Assembly (NCBI RefSeq): GCF_006345805.1
Contig: NC_043013.1
Span: 26,288,001-26,352,000 of the forward strand
Reading direction: 5' to 3'
DNA length: 64,000 nt
DNA from: Octopus sinensis
Lineage: Eukaryota
Made by a program: the position numbers and the translations under genes. Within the stretch, counting starts at the first letter, position 1. Each line of letters opens with the position of its first letter. Under the pieces are notes generated by a model. It was not told the DNA's origin. It worked only from the letters and a program-made list of their open reading frames with translations, and searched no databases. Below are positions 26,726-39,282 of the stretch, piece after piece.

Positions 26726-27676
26726 CATGTATGCATGTGTGTATATATATAATAGAATTCTTTCAGTTTCCATCTACCGATTCCCAATTTTGTTCGCTGA
26801 CAGCTATAGTAGAAAAATGTTACTCAAGGTGCCATGCATTTCGTCTGGATTGAAAATGGCCTTCATTTATTCTTGAAGTGAATATGTATCTAGATAGTCA
26901 TTTAAATCTTTTATTTTAATACTATACAAGCAAACAGTTGAAGGGTTTTACATCAAAATATCAGTGATATACCATTCCCCACCTCACAGTAATTGAAAAT
27001 ATTGATTTCAATTTTGGCACAACGCCACTAATTTTCAGGGCAGGGCTAAATCAATTACATCGACCCTATTTTTTTACTGACCCCCAAAAGGGTAAAAGCA
27101 AAGTCAACCTTGATGGAATTTGAACTCAGATCATAAAGATGAATTTCTGCTAAGCATTTAACCCAGTATGCTAATGATTCTGCCAGCTCGCTACCTTACT
27201 GTAATCAAAAACATTGATCTTAATTTTTGGTTCAAGGTCAAGAATTTTGGGCTAAGTGAAAGTCAGTCAGCTGGTATTTATCTTATTGACCCGAAGAGGA
27301 TGAAAGACAAAGTCAGCTTCAGCAGAATTTGAACTCGGAACGTACAGAGGGAATATATACCACTAAGTATTCCACTCAGCATGCTAACAATTCTGCCAGC
27401 TTGCTGTCTTAGCAATATTGATACTTATTATTGTTATAATGATGGTAGTTGATCCATTAAATAAAGGATCAGTCAAATCTTTATAAAATCACAGCCATTC
27501 ATGTTTAGAAAAAGAATGGGAGAATATATAGATATTATAATCCTAGAGAAATTATGTCTGAGAAAAACATGAAAAAATTATGGCTGAAATGATTTTTGGC
27601 CATAAGTTTGCTTGATTGGAGCTAACCTGTTGCTAAACAACAACTATGACAATAGATGTACACATTTTGTACTTAC

Positions 27677-27742
27677 ATTTCTCTTCTTTTCATCATCAAT
27701 AGCTTCCTTTTCATCATCTCCATTATCGTTGTTGGTAGTCAT
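27677..27742 (-). CDS. TRPM: TRPM first coding exon: MTTNNDNGDDEKEAIDDEKKRN (exon probably begins at 27777 with a short 5' UTR)
   Basis: ATG at 27742, donor AAT|gtaagt, upstream acceptor attttatttttag|. Phase 0 fits exon 2. Acidic N-terminus; no homology motif, so support is splice signals and phase only. Confidence 0.7.
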
Positions 27743-28217
27743 TGCTTTCTCTCTTCAATGTTTTATGTTCCTATAATCTAAAAATAAAATAACTTTTTGA
27801 ATAAATTAGAATTTTAAAAAAAAGTCATGAACTCAAATTTAATAGTAATTTCGGATTTGATATTTCGTAAATTCCTTTATTATTATTATTTTTTTTTCTT
27901 CATCTGCTAATGTAGACCCAAAAACACATATTTTGTTTAGGGTAGAAATTTCCAAGGAGAAGGTAGACAATTACATTGACCCCAGTACTTGACCAGCATT
28001 TATTTTATCAATACTGAAAGAATGAAAGACAAAGTGAACTTCAATGGGATTTGAACCCAGAACGTAAATTCAGATGAAATACTGGTTAGCATTTAGTCCA
28101 GCATGTTAATGATTCTACCAGCATGCCACCTTGTTGCTGTTGTTGTTGTTGATGATGATGATGATGATGCATGTCACATTTGTTGTTTTGATAGTGCTAG
28201 CCTTGTTCATCAGTGGA

Positions 28218-28585
28218 AGCGCAATGGTCCAGTGGTTAGGGTAGAGGACTCGCGGTAGTGGGAGCGCAGTTTCGATTCCCAGATCGGGTTTTGTGAGTGT
28301 TTATTGAGCGAAAACACCTAAAACTCCACGAGGCTCAGGCATGGTGGAGGGCCAACCCTGCTGTACTCTTTCACCACAATTTTCTCTCACTCTTTGTTTC
28401 TGTTGTACCTGTATTTCAAAGGACCAGCCTTGTCACACACTGTGTCACGCTGAATCTCCCCGAGAACTATGTTAAGGGTACACGTGTCTGTGAAATGCTC
28501 AGCCACTTACACGTTAATTTCTCGAGCTGGCTATTCCGTTATTCGCGTTAACTGGAACCATCGTCATAACCGACGGAGTACCACG
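28218..28585 (+). mobile_element. tRNA-derived SINE family C
   Basis: Head agcgcaatggtccagtggttagg...tttcgattccc with A/B boxes. A related copy with a different 3' half lies at 30365-30716 (minus); 3' remnants at about 38400-38580. Confidence 0.8.
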
Positions 28586-29065
28586 AGTGTGACATCTGTT
28601 TTTGCAATCGAGCTCTCCACTCATAATAGCAGCAGACTTATAGCCTTCAGATGCATTGAGACAACATGCATGCTTTCTTGGGAGCCCTCTTGTGCTCATC
28701 GAGGACAATTTGAAACTCCAAAGTAGGTGCTTGAAAATTCTGATATATCTGTTATTTGCATGGACCATATCTTGAAGAATAACAATAGATTCAAACTTTC
28801 TGTCTGGGAAGATGATGTTTCTGTTATAAGCCTTGTCTCTTTAAGTCATCGACAAAGTATAGCTGTAGAAAATGGGGTTCATTGTGTGGGGAGCGAACCT
28901 TGTAGTAGATTTCCTGTTGTCCTTTAAGAATCCATGTGATTTTTCCTTCTTTAATGATGTTGGCGCCAATGGAAGTCATTTAGTAGCAAAACGAGCCGCC
29001 TTTTAACCATAAAGCCATACCTACAACTGTGTGCATGCGCACGCGAGCATACACACATAATACAT

Positions 29066-29150
<85 letters not shown>

Positions 29151-29329
29151 GTGCATATGTCTGTGTGTGTGACTTTGTATGTGTGCATGCGTGTGGTGTT
29201 TCTGTATGCGAGTACTCAGGTAGCGAGAGGTATTTGAAGACATATTTAGTTATTTAATAAAATTACTCTTATCTAGTAAAAGCCAAACGACTTCTGATTT
29301 TGTGCACATGTTCTTCCTAAACTTATGAA

Positions 29330-29920
29330 ATAATTCGAAGAATCTGCCCTCAGCTTCCATGACTCTTTCAATGCGAGATCGGAATCGTTGACCTGCCAGT
29401 ACTATATAGTTCTTGTTCATTTCGGACAATAGTAACCTTCAGTAGAGCTACGATGTTGTGAGAATGTCACTTAGCCTCCCTTTCAATAAATCTCCAAATG
29501 TAGTAGTCCATGGGATTTAAATCTGGTGAGTCTGGAGGCCACAAGTTTGATGTTACGACACTGTAAAGACTGTATGACATCCATTCAGAGGCTACCTAGG
29601 CTTCGTGAGAGGTTGTTTAGTCTTGCTGAAACACGTACGGCTTTCCACTGCAAAGGTCAATCATCCAAGGCTTTACAACTGTCTCACACAATTCAACGTA
29701 TCAAGCAGCAGTAATTTTAAGATCCTGTTGAAAGATATGAATGGCATGACTAAAACCACTCCTGAAACTGTAACAGTTGTTGGAAACTTAGTGTGCATCG
29801 TTTTGGGAACACCAGAAAGATCTGCATATAACCATCAGTTAGAATTTTAGTGTTGGTTAAAGTTTTTCTCATCCGAGTAGAACCTACGCATGGCATATTC
29901 GTGAGGGTTTTTAATCTTGA
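29330..29920 (-). pseudogene. DD37D (maT-like) Tc1/mariner transposase relic, cut by the assembly gap
   Basis: MHTKFPTTV...VKPWMIDLCSGKPYVFQQD...LWPPDSPDLNPMDYYIW with exactly 37 codons between QQD and the final D; in-frame stops. Confidence 0.85.
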
Positions 29921-29922
29921 TA

Positions 29923-30022
29923 NNNNNNNNNNNNNNNNNNNNNNNNNNNNNNNNNNNNNNNNNNNNNNNNNNNNNNNNNNNNNNNNNNNNNNNNNNNNNN
30001 NNNNNNNNNNNNNNNNNNNNNN
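29923..30022. other. Assembly gap (100 N)
   Basis: Run of n characters. Confidence 1.
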
Positions 30023-30364
30023 TATATATATATATATTGATAGATATATATATATATTGATAGATATAATATATATATTATATATATATATATGATATAT
30101 ATATATACATACAGACAGACAGATACATACATACATAGACAGATGTGTATATATATATATATATATACACACACACATATATATGCATGCATATATGGGT
30201 ACAGGACGTCACCAACAGTAAACAACATGAAATACGAAAACAAATGAGTTAAATACGCAAATAACGAGAGAAAAAAAGGACAAGTAATATTTAGAATGAC
30301 CCCTCATCAGTTGTCGGCTGTCTATCTACTCCCCATATGTGTATGTGTCTGTGTGTGTACATAC

Positions 30365-30716
30365 ATACATACATACGTCTTCGTCCCAGAGCTCGCAGTG
30401 GGAGAAGTCCAAATCGTGGTCCTTTGCTATTCGTAAGACCTGCAGAAGAGAAAGCAGGTCAACCCCCGACACCGAGAGCATCAACGGATGGATGAATGCG
30501 CATCCAGGCTCAGCGGTTGCGTAGGAAGTCGGGGACAAGAAACAGGAAGAAAGAGTGAGAGAAAGTTGGGTCAAAAGAGTACGACAGGAGTCGCCACCAG
30601 ACCCTGCCGGAGCCTCGTGGAGCTTTAGGTGTTTTCACTCAATAAACACACACAACGCTTGGTCTGGGAATCGAAACCGCGAGTCCGCTGCCCTAACCAC
30701 TGGGCCATTGCGCTTC
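30365..30716 (-). mobile_element. tRNA-derived SINE, family C variant
   Basis: Reverse complement of the agcgcaatggcccagtggttaggg...ggtttcgattccc head, then gtgtttattgagtgaaaacacctaaagctccacgagg. Confidence 0.8.
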
Positions 30717-31829
30717 CCGTGGCTGCTGCTGAAAGGTATGCAATTAGAAAGTAATTCTGAAGAATAATCTTATATGATGCTATATGAATGCAAACTCTGC
30801 AATTTAAAGCCACAGTCCGATGCAGAAATTCTTTAAAGAATTCTATTCAAAAAATTTTTGACACAAAAATAATTCTTTCCTCAAAACAACATATTCCTAA
30901 ATAAAAAAAAAAGCAAAATAACATTCCCAAAAATCAAAGCACACACACACCACTAAAAGCAAACGCCCACACACATAAAAAAAAACATTCCTAAAAACAA
31001 AGCTCACACACCCACCCACACACACACACTTCATAAAAAACAAACACGCAAAAAACAACATAATCCCCCTCCCCATAAAAAGAGAATTACATATCACACA
31101 AAAAAATCAAACACACACGCACCGCAAAAACCAAGCAAATAAATACACGCACACACACATAATCACAAAGCAGATGAAAAAGGATTCCGTCCAAACTTTC
31201 ATTTCATTTTGAAATCCACAGCTGACCATATTTTCGATAGAAATGGAATTTGTTAATTGTTAACTCATTAAAATTCTTGCTCACACACACACACACACAC
31301 ACACATCTAAAATACATTAAACACGATGTATACATGCAGCTAATAATTTTCTGAATTAAAAAATAATGCTTTGATACAAAAAAATTTCCTTCCCCAAAAC
31401 AGCATATCCTTAAAATACACACACAACTGATCATATCCGAGGAGAAACTTGCTATTCAATTCAGAATTCTTTTCATTTCAAAAGAAATGAATATTAAACC
31501 CTTGAACTCCGTTTCAAACCCCGGCATAAACAACATATACAAGATGAGATTCGGAGATGAAATTTCACGCATCTTCTCAACTAGGCCCACAATATGAGAA
31601 CAAACTGTTTCTGAAAATAGAAATATTATATTTCTAAATCTCTCAGAGATATTTATGCAGTAGCAGCACGAGAAAGTGGTAGCATGTTGTCAACTTAATG
31701 TGACAGTCCCATGAAAGGGAAGAATGCTACTGTTATTTAGCCCTATAGTTGCAGTTCCATTATCCAAGGAAAGTAGTGTGTAGAAATGGTAGAATTATTT
31801 ATTGTCCACGGTATGTAAATTCCGATAGG

Positions 31830-32990
31830 AGTTCATATTTTGTCAATACAATACGTTTTGACGTATTTTGGTATTGTATTAAAGAGAGCTAGACTGGTTG
31901 AGGTAAAGTAATTGTGACATAATGTTACTATGTGAACTGAGTTCGATTTTTGGAGCGGGTGGATAGCACGGGGGCCAAGCCTTGGATGGATTTTAAAATT
32001 GATGTCAACATCATTTGTGCAATATTGATGGAATATTTTCCACATAACATAAATGATGTAGCGCTCTCGATAGCGTTGGAGAGAATAGAGATTGAGTTTT
32101 TTAGTCGACCTCAATAATCAATGCTTCTCATGCCGTCTATCTTTCTTGTTATTGACCCCTGGAGTGCGCGCTTCTACTTTCATAATGAGTTGTTTCGCAT
32201 GGGGGGGGGCGGACCACAGTGGGCAACAGTATTCAAGGCGAGATCGGGCAAAAGTAGAGTAGAGAAGGATTATGGTGTGGGCATCTTTTGACCGGAAAGT
32301 TCTCAGAATTCCGGAGTAGATTTTTGCGACCCAAGTCAATCTTGCTGTTTCCGTGGGAACTTCAGCTTAGATTATCAACAATTACTCCAAGATCTCTGGT
32401 GTGGTTTAATGTCACTAGGGAGTCGCCTGAGGGAAGAGTATATGGTAATTTCAGAGTTACCTCTTTTCTAAAGTGGATCAAATCAAGCTTGTCTTCATTT
32501 AAAAGCATATTGTTTTTTTCCGTCCATTGAACAATAGCAAACAGATCTGACTGAAGGCATGTTCGGTCTCTCATGCCGTTTATGGCTTTTTGGAGTTTGG
32601 AATCATCTGCAAAGATTTTCAATGTAGAATGTTTGATGACATCTACTATGTCGTTGATGTAAATAATGAAGAGGAGTGGGCCAAACACTGTACCTTGAGG
32701 GACACCACTTCTGACTTTGGCTGAGCTGAATCGTATTCCCTCAACCACAACATGTTGAGTTCTGTTCGTCAGGAAACACTTTATCCACTGCAGCAGCTTT
32801 CCGCGGACTCCAATGTAGGACAGTTTCTTCAGCAGGATTTTGTGGTCTACTCTGTCAAATGCCTTGCTGAAATCAAGGTATATGACGTCAGTGTTGGAGC
32901 CCCCCTCCCAACGCTGTTTGCTTGAAAGAGAAGTTAAAATCCTCCAAAATTGTTCACCTCCCACTATATAGTAAAATACAAATAAGATCC
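31830..32990 (-). pseudogene. CR1-group LINE RT/3' fragment
   Basis: ORF 32362..32997: VIYLDFSKAFDRVDH...SGVPQGTVFGPLLFIIYINDI...IFADDSKL; SRLEYCCPLW downstream. Confidence 0.9.
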
Positions 32991-33036
32991 CAGACATTCG
33001 GAGAAATAAATATATTATATATATATTAATATTAAT

Positions 33037-33089
<53 letters not shown>

Positions 33090-33094
33090 TATAT

Positions 33095-33530
33095 ATAAAA
33101 GGAAATGAAGAGAAAATGCTGACAAAATAATTTAAGTAATTTAATTAGGTGAAAGTTCTTTTTACCGGTTGCGCATTTGTTATGCTTATCAAAAGATAAT
33201 TTTTTAAAGAGAGATAGAGTTCTTTTCTGATAGATTTTTCCCCCTGGAGTGCGTGCTTCTACTTTCATAATGAGTTGTTTCGTATGGGGGGCGGACCACA
33301 GTGGGCAACAGTATTCAATGTGAGATCGAGCAAAAGTAGAGTAGAGAAGGATTATGGTGTGGGCATCTTATCTCCGATAAGAGGAAAAAATCTATCAGAA
33401 AAGAACTCTATCTCTCTTAAAAAAATTATCTTTTGATAAGCATAACAAATGCGCAACCGGTAAAAAGAACTTTCACCTAATTAAATTACTTAAATTATTT
33501 TGTCAGCATTTTCTTCATTTCCTTTTTTAT
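33095..33530. repeat. Foldback: about 146-bp inverted arms (33095-33241 / 33383-33530) around a 128-bp copy of 32157-32288
   Basis: Arms are near-exact reverse complements; the spacer matches the neighbouring CR1 segment cccctggagtgcg...ggtgtgggcatct. Confidence 0.9.
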
Positions 33531-33559
33531 ATATCACAACTCGTGTTCCACATCTCCTT

Positions 33560-33592
<33 letters not shown>

Positions 33593-34707
33593 GTATGTTA
33601 TAGAAATTATAGAATATTTACGGAGTGCTCGTAGAGAGCCAATGCGAAATAATACAAAGTAGAGGAAAATGAGACCGTAAATTCTAGGCAGCCAACCAAA
33701 GTCCCGAACGCATAAATGATTTTCAATCAATGAAATTGAATCATATTTATACAAATCAACATAAATCATGCCTGTATAGGCGTAAAGATTGGACTCCTTG
33801 TTCGCATAATAATCGAACCTTACTCAGCACTTACTCAGCATTTCCTGACACCTTTGGGTCTTATTGATACCATTACCTCTAATAACCTCTCTCTATATAT
33901 ATAATTTCTTGTTTCATCCGGCTGGATTACGATGGATGGGGCTCCAAAATATACATACCACTCAACAAGTTGTAACCTAACGTTCTCATTTTTTTTTTCG
34001 ACAATTTCTCCGGATTTCTGAGTTTTAAACACGGAAGGTTGTAACTCTGGGCACCATATTTTCCCTAATTTTTATTTGACTTTTTTTTTGTTGCTGTTGT
34101 TAGTGTTGTTATTATTAAAAGCTTTCACAATCGTGTATACACACATACATACATACATACATACATACACACATACATACATACATACATACATACATAC
34201 ATACATACATACATACATACATACATACATACATACATACATACATACATGCATACATACGTACATACGTACGTACGTACGTACATACATAGGTTTAGAG
34301 AGCTGTGCGGTTTGAAAACTGAGGCGAATAAATTGCGGTGTGTAATGAAAGTCAGATAAATTCAAGCTTATTAAATACCAAACCGAAACAAGAATTATAT
34401 GGAGGCAACTCTTTTGTTTTCTCCTTAATAAAGAGGAAGAAAGTTAAAATATTTCTTTTAAATGTTTATGGAGCGCGGTGAGATTTATCAGTTTTAGAAA
34501 ATGAGTAATAGCCATTTATAAAACTTGCGGAAATCATGCCCAATTTTGACTGTTTCATTATTTCTCGTGTCAAATATTCTACATCCTGGTTAGACTCTTA
34601 AAAAAAAATAGACGCAATTTCTGTTTAATAGAAACTCAGTATAATTTTCACAAAATAGGAGCATTTACATTTTCTTGTGTGTGTGTGTGCTTGTGCGCGC
34701 GCGTGAA

Positions 34708-34756
<49 letters not shown>

Positions 34757-34869
34757 ATCCTAAATTATAATTTTAATAATAATTATTACCTTTGAAGGTT
34801 TTTTTATTCCCATGCTTGCCACTTGATAAGATCGATATTTAAATTAACGATCTTATCCTTATTTAGATA

Positions 34870-34952
34870 AATTTATATATATATATATAGATATATATAC
34901 AGATACGTATAATGTATATGTATGTATATATATATATGTAATAGATATATAG

Positions 34953-34986
<34 letters not shown>

Positions 34987-35006
34987 ATATATATATATAT
35001 ATATAT

Positions 35007-35047
<41 letters not shown>

Positions 35048-35162
35048 TACGTATAATGTATATGTCTGTATGTATATATATATATATATATATACAGATA
35101 CGTATAATGTATATGTATGTATGTATGTATGTATATATATATATATAATATATATATATTAA

Positions 35163-35196
<34 letters not shown>

Positions 35197-35294
35197 CTAT
35201 ATATTACAGATACGTATAATGTAATATGTATGTATATATATATATATAATATTATATATATATATATATACAGATACGTATAATGTATATGTAT

Positions 35295-35328
<34 letters not shown>

Positions 35329-35539
35329 AGATATGAATATATATATATAATATATATATACATATACGTATAATGTATATGTTGTATGTAATATATATAT
35401 ATTATATATATATATATATATATAATATATAATACCGATACGTATAATGTATGTGTATGTATGTATATATATATATATATACTATATATATATATATATA
35501 TATAATACAGATATATATATATTATAATGTATGTATAAA

Positions 35540-35584
<45 letters not shown>

Positions 35585-35790
35585 TACGTATAATGTATAT
35601 GTATGTATATATATATATAATATATATATATATACAGATACGTATAATGTATAGTATGTATATATAATTATATTATATATATAATATATATATATATATA
35701 TACAGATACGTATAATGTATATGTGTATGTATGTTATATATATTATATATATATATATATAATTATATATATACAGAAACATATAATATG

Positions 35791-35825
<35 letters not shown>

Positions 35826-35830
35826 AAGCG
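34870..35830. repeat. (TA)n tract punctuated by about 12 copies of cagatacgtataatgtatatg
   Basis: Motif recurs at irregular 50-145 bp spacing, with only TA microsatellite between copies. Confidence 0.9.
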
Positions 35831-36773
35831 GTGGAGGGGCTGTAGTGTAAGGCGCTTGCTTCCCAACCACATGGTTCCGAGTTCACCTTGGGTTAGTGTC
35901 TTCAACTATAGCCTCGGGCCGACCATAGTCTTGTGAGTGGATTTGGTAGACGGAGACTGAAAGAAGCCCGTCGTGTGTGTGTGTGTATTACTGACATGTA
36001 TTCTGAAAAATCTTTCTTTTCCTTTTTTTATGTTATTTTTCTCTTTGTCTCTGTAACTCTTTTATTTCCCAGGAGATACCAATGATTATGGATTGGGCAT
36101 CACCAAGCGTTTCGAAATAAAAACCGACCGAACTTTATTTAATTTTGTTTTTGTTTTTTTTTTTGCTTTGTTTTGTTGTGATTTTTTTTTTTTGTTTTTA
36201 CTTTTTCCGACAATTTCTCTGGACACCCTTTATAAGCATAGAAGATTACGATTTTTCTTTTCTTTAGAACTTCCGTAAGTATGTACAACTTTCTTTTTTA
36301 TAAATCGTCAGAAATTACATTCATTATTGTAGTTTGACTGTTAAACTATTCTGCTTCGTATATTAAGCCTAAACCACAAAAACTGGAACTAATACAAGCC
36401 CGTGTTTCATATTTCAAATTAATTTTCATATAAGAACAATAAAGTAATTTGGTTTCAAATTTAGGTACAAGGGCAGTAAGCTAAGGTCTAAGTCGATTAC
36501 ACAACTCCTGTTCTCAACCTGTACTTATTTTATCGGCCCCGAAAGGAATTTGAACTCAGAACGTAAAGACAGACATGCTAACGTTTCTACCAGGTCACCA
36601 CCTTAAACTAATTACGTAATTTGACAAACATGTTCTTATTGCTTTTCATCAGTTTTAATGATAAGGTTTGGTTTTAAAATTAAACAATTAACTACACTTA
36701 CGCACTAATTACTATTTGATAAAGAACAACCAGATAAAGAAACCTTACAAAAATTATAAAATAATTCACTTAC

Positions 36774-36850
36774 ATTTCGGCAGGTTAGCTATCTGTACCA
36801 CACAGCTACAAACGATCAACCGGCGGCCGGCCACAAGAAAAGAAAGACAC
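36774..36850 (-). other. Candidate non-coding 5' UTR exon of the TRPM gene
   Basis: Acceptor tattttaacag| and consensus donor AAT|gtaagt bracket a 77-nt, locally GC/CpG-richer, ATG-free segment between the two genes. Confidence 0.35.
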
Positions 36851-37269
36851 CTGTTAAAATATGTAAATAAACTTTTCACGCTAGCTGAAGTTGTAACCGG
36901 TTTGTCACTTTCAATTTGCTAAATTCCAGTGGTACTGCAAAAGAAACTCTCTTTGGATATCCCGGTGTTCACGCCCCAATACAAAAGAATTTTAAAAATG
37001 GAAAAATAAGTTGGTCGATGCATTATTTTAAAAAGTTACGATGAAGCAAAGTCCCAATTTTTAAGCATCTATAATTCATTTTTCGGTTTCTTGTTTCATG
37101 TTTCCGTCCGTCAGACAGGGCCAGCGTTGTTCATTTACAACATTTTCAGTTTGTTACATGAATTGGCTATGTAATTCTACCTCTGTCTATCTATTTGTTC
37201 TGTTGTTCTTCCATCATGTCTTGAATTCTTCGGGTGTTTCAGTCACTTTTTGAATATTTCCATCTGCCG

Positions 37270-38260
37270 ATACTGTTCTTTCTGCACAACATAATTTTCC
37301 AACCCTAATATCGATATCGCAGTACTAATGATGTCTTCTGTGTTTAGTAATTCCCATTTTCCTTTCTTTCTTGGTAGGTAGAGTTTGTCATTACTTTTAG
37401 AATTGTGAGCGGCTTCATAGCTTTTTTTTTCTATTTAAGCTATGGAACTCCAATTTTTGTCCATGTTAGAAAGGGAGCAGTGTATCCTAATATTGGCATG
37501 ACTGATGTATTTATTACTTTAATAATATTCTCTCCATTCAACAACTTTGCTTTGAGCATCTTTCTGATTATTCTCATGTACTCTTTCAATATTTTCTTTC
37601 TCGCTTCTCCTTCTATTTTCATATCGTCTTGCAGTGCCCCTACGCACTTGCATCACTCACCCCTACGCACTTGCATCACTCACCCCTACGCACTTGCATC
37701 ACTCACCCCTACGCTCTTGCATCACTCACCTAATGATCTAATGATATTGCTTAATAGTAGTCTTACACCATCGGTGCTTACCTTCCAGCCTCTCTTAATT
37801 ATTAACAATGCGCACTTATTTACCCTAGGCAGCATCCCAATATCCTTGTTGAATACTTCTTCCTATTTGGATTAGAGAATCCGGAGCTTTTTCACTTTTT
37901 GTGTATAGCTTGTAGTCTTCCATACGATGCAGGTGGTTTATAAATGGAATAAAAGGGAGAGTGAGCCTCCTAGGAATATCCCCTGCGTATTTTTACGCTT
38001 CAAACGATTCCTTTGCACATATTAGTTCTATTTCCCATACATTAATTGCTTTTCACAAAAAGCTGCTTATCTTCTCATTGATTTTGAGCGTCCTCAGGTA
38101 TTCCAAGAAGCAGTAGTGTGGAACATTGCCGTAAGCCTTCTTGTAATCTTTCACACCAACCGTTAAATTCTTTCTTATTCGCACCTCATTTAGTCTTCTA
38201 CTATAAATATACAGTAGGTCAGCAGTTTTTCTCCTCCTCCTCCTCATTCTTCTTCTCTAC
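37270..38260 (-). pseudogene. R4/Dong-like non-LTR RT relic
   Basis: DYKKAYGNVPHY (cf. DYKKAYDxVPH) and KEYMRIIRKMLKAKLLNGENIIKVINT (cf. EYxRRLRKILKSKLNxGNxIKAINT). Confidence 0.7.
37638..37730. repeat. 23-bp tandem repeat x4 inside the R4-like relic
   Basis: Unit ccctacgcacttgcatcactcac. Confidence 0.9.
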
Positions 38261-39282
38261 ATGATTATGTAATTCTCCAGGCTCATGCTGAACATAAACT
38301 GTCTTTCACTCACCAGGTAGAACCTAAATGTCTTTGTGTCTTATAGTGGGCCCAGCTACCTTGTGCCACTCGGTGATGATTCTGGGAGTGCAAGAGGAAC
38401 ATTGAGAATACTTCTTTCTCTTTGCCACAGAAGACACGTCCATTTCAGAGGCTTCCGGGTTTTTTCCAACCCAGGAGAAAAGGCCAGCTTTGTTTCACAC
38501 TTTTTCACATTGCTTACCCCTAAAGAATTACGTTAAGTGTACATGTGTCTGTGGAATACTCAGACACATACTCTTAACGTCCATATGTCTTAAAGTGCAT
38601 AAATGGAGTCATTCACTTATGTATTAATTCAATGAGTGGACCGGTCTGTTGGGACAACCATTATTGAAATTGACGGAGATTTTTGGGAGTGTAAGCATGT
38701 GAGTTTATGTATGTGTTTGTGAGAGAAAGAGAGAGTGTGTACGTATGTGTGTGTGTGAGTAAGAGAGAGAGGGGGGATAGAGAAAGAAAGAAAGTGGATG
38801 GGTACATTTGAAGGCTGTACAATTTTGATCAAACATTTTTCAAAAAGATATTTTTTACATTATAGGCTGATTCTCTTTAAATTTTTCACGTAAACGTCAT
38901 TGCACAATTCAAATTCAAAGTTTTGTACTCTTACACAACACTAAATCATAGGATTTAGTTTCAGTATTGAATGCTAAGCCACTCTAACATGACTTTCTAA
39001 AAGTGCTTTTGCTAACAAAGGGTTACTTGACTAAAATTAAGTGATCTTTAAGTCTTTCAAAGAGGTTGGCAGTTCTAAACTTTTCCATATCAAAATAATA
39101 ATTTAAGAAAACAGGAAAACACAGCATAGAATACATCACTTTTATTTCAGCACCATAGTCAAGATTCCTTGGAGTTCGAAAAATTTTTTTTTTAATATTT
39201 AATTTTATCAGACAACCTATAAACAGAAATGTTTTCATTATGTTAAAGCAAAGAGCCATAGAAATATTTTAGAATATATTTG

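Noticed and set aside
28218-28290. tRNA-like sequences (also about 20140-20210, 30650-30716, 44755-44824, 47080-47150)
   Set aside because: They are SINE heads with A/B boxes running into repeat bodies; no complete cloverleaf.
30295-30325. CTGATGA on the minus strand in a short repeat
   Set aside because: No downstream GAAA or stem III in this copy.
34870-35830. Repeat-spacer pattern superficially like a CRISPR array
   Set aside because: Spacers are TA microsatellite of variable length, the context is eukaryotic, and no cas genes are present.
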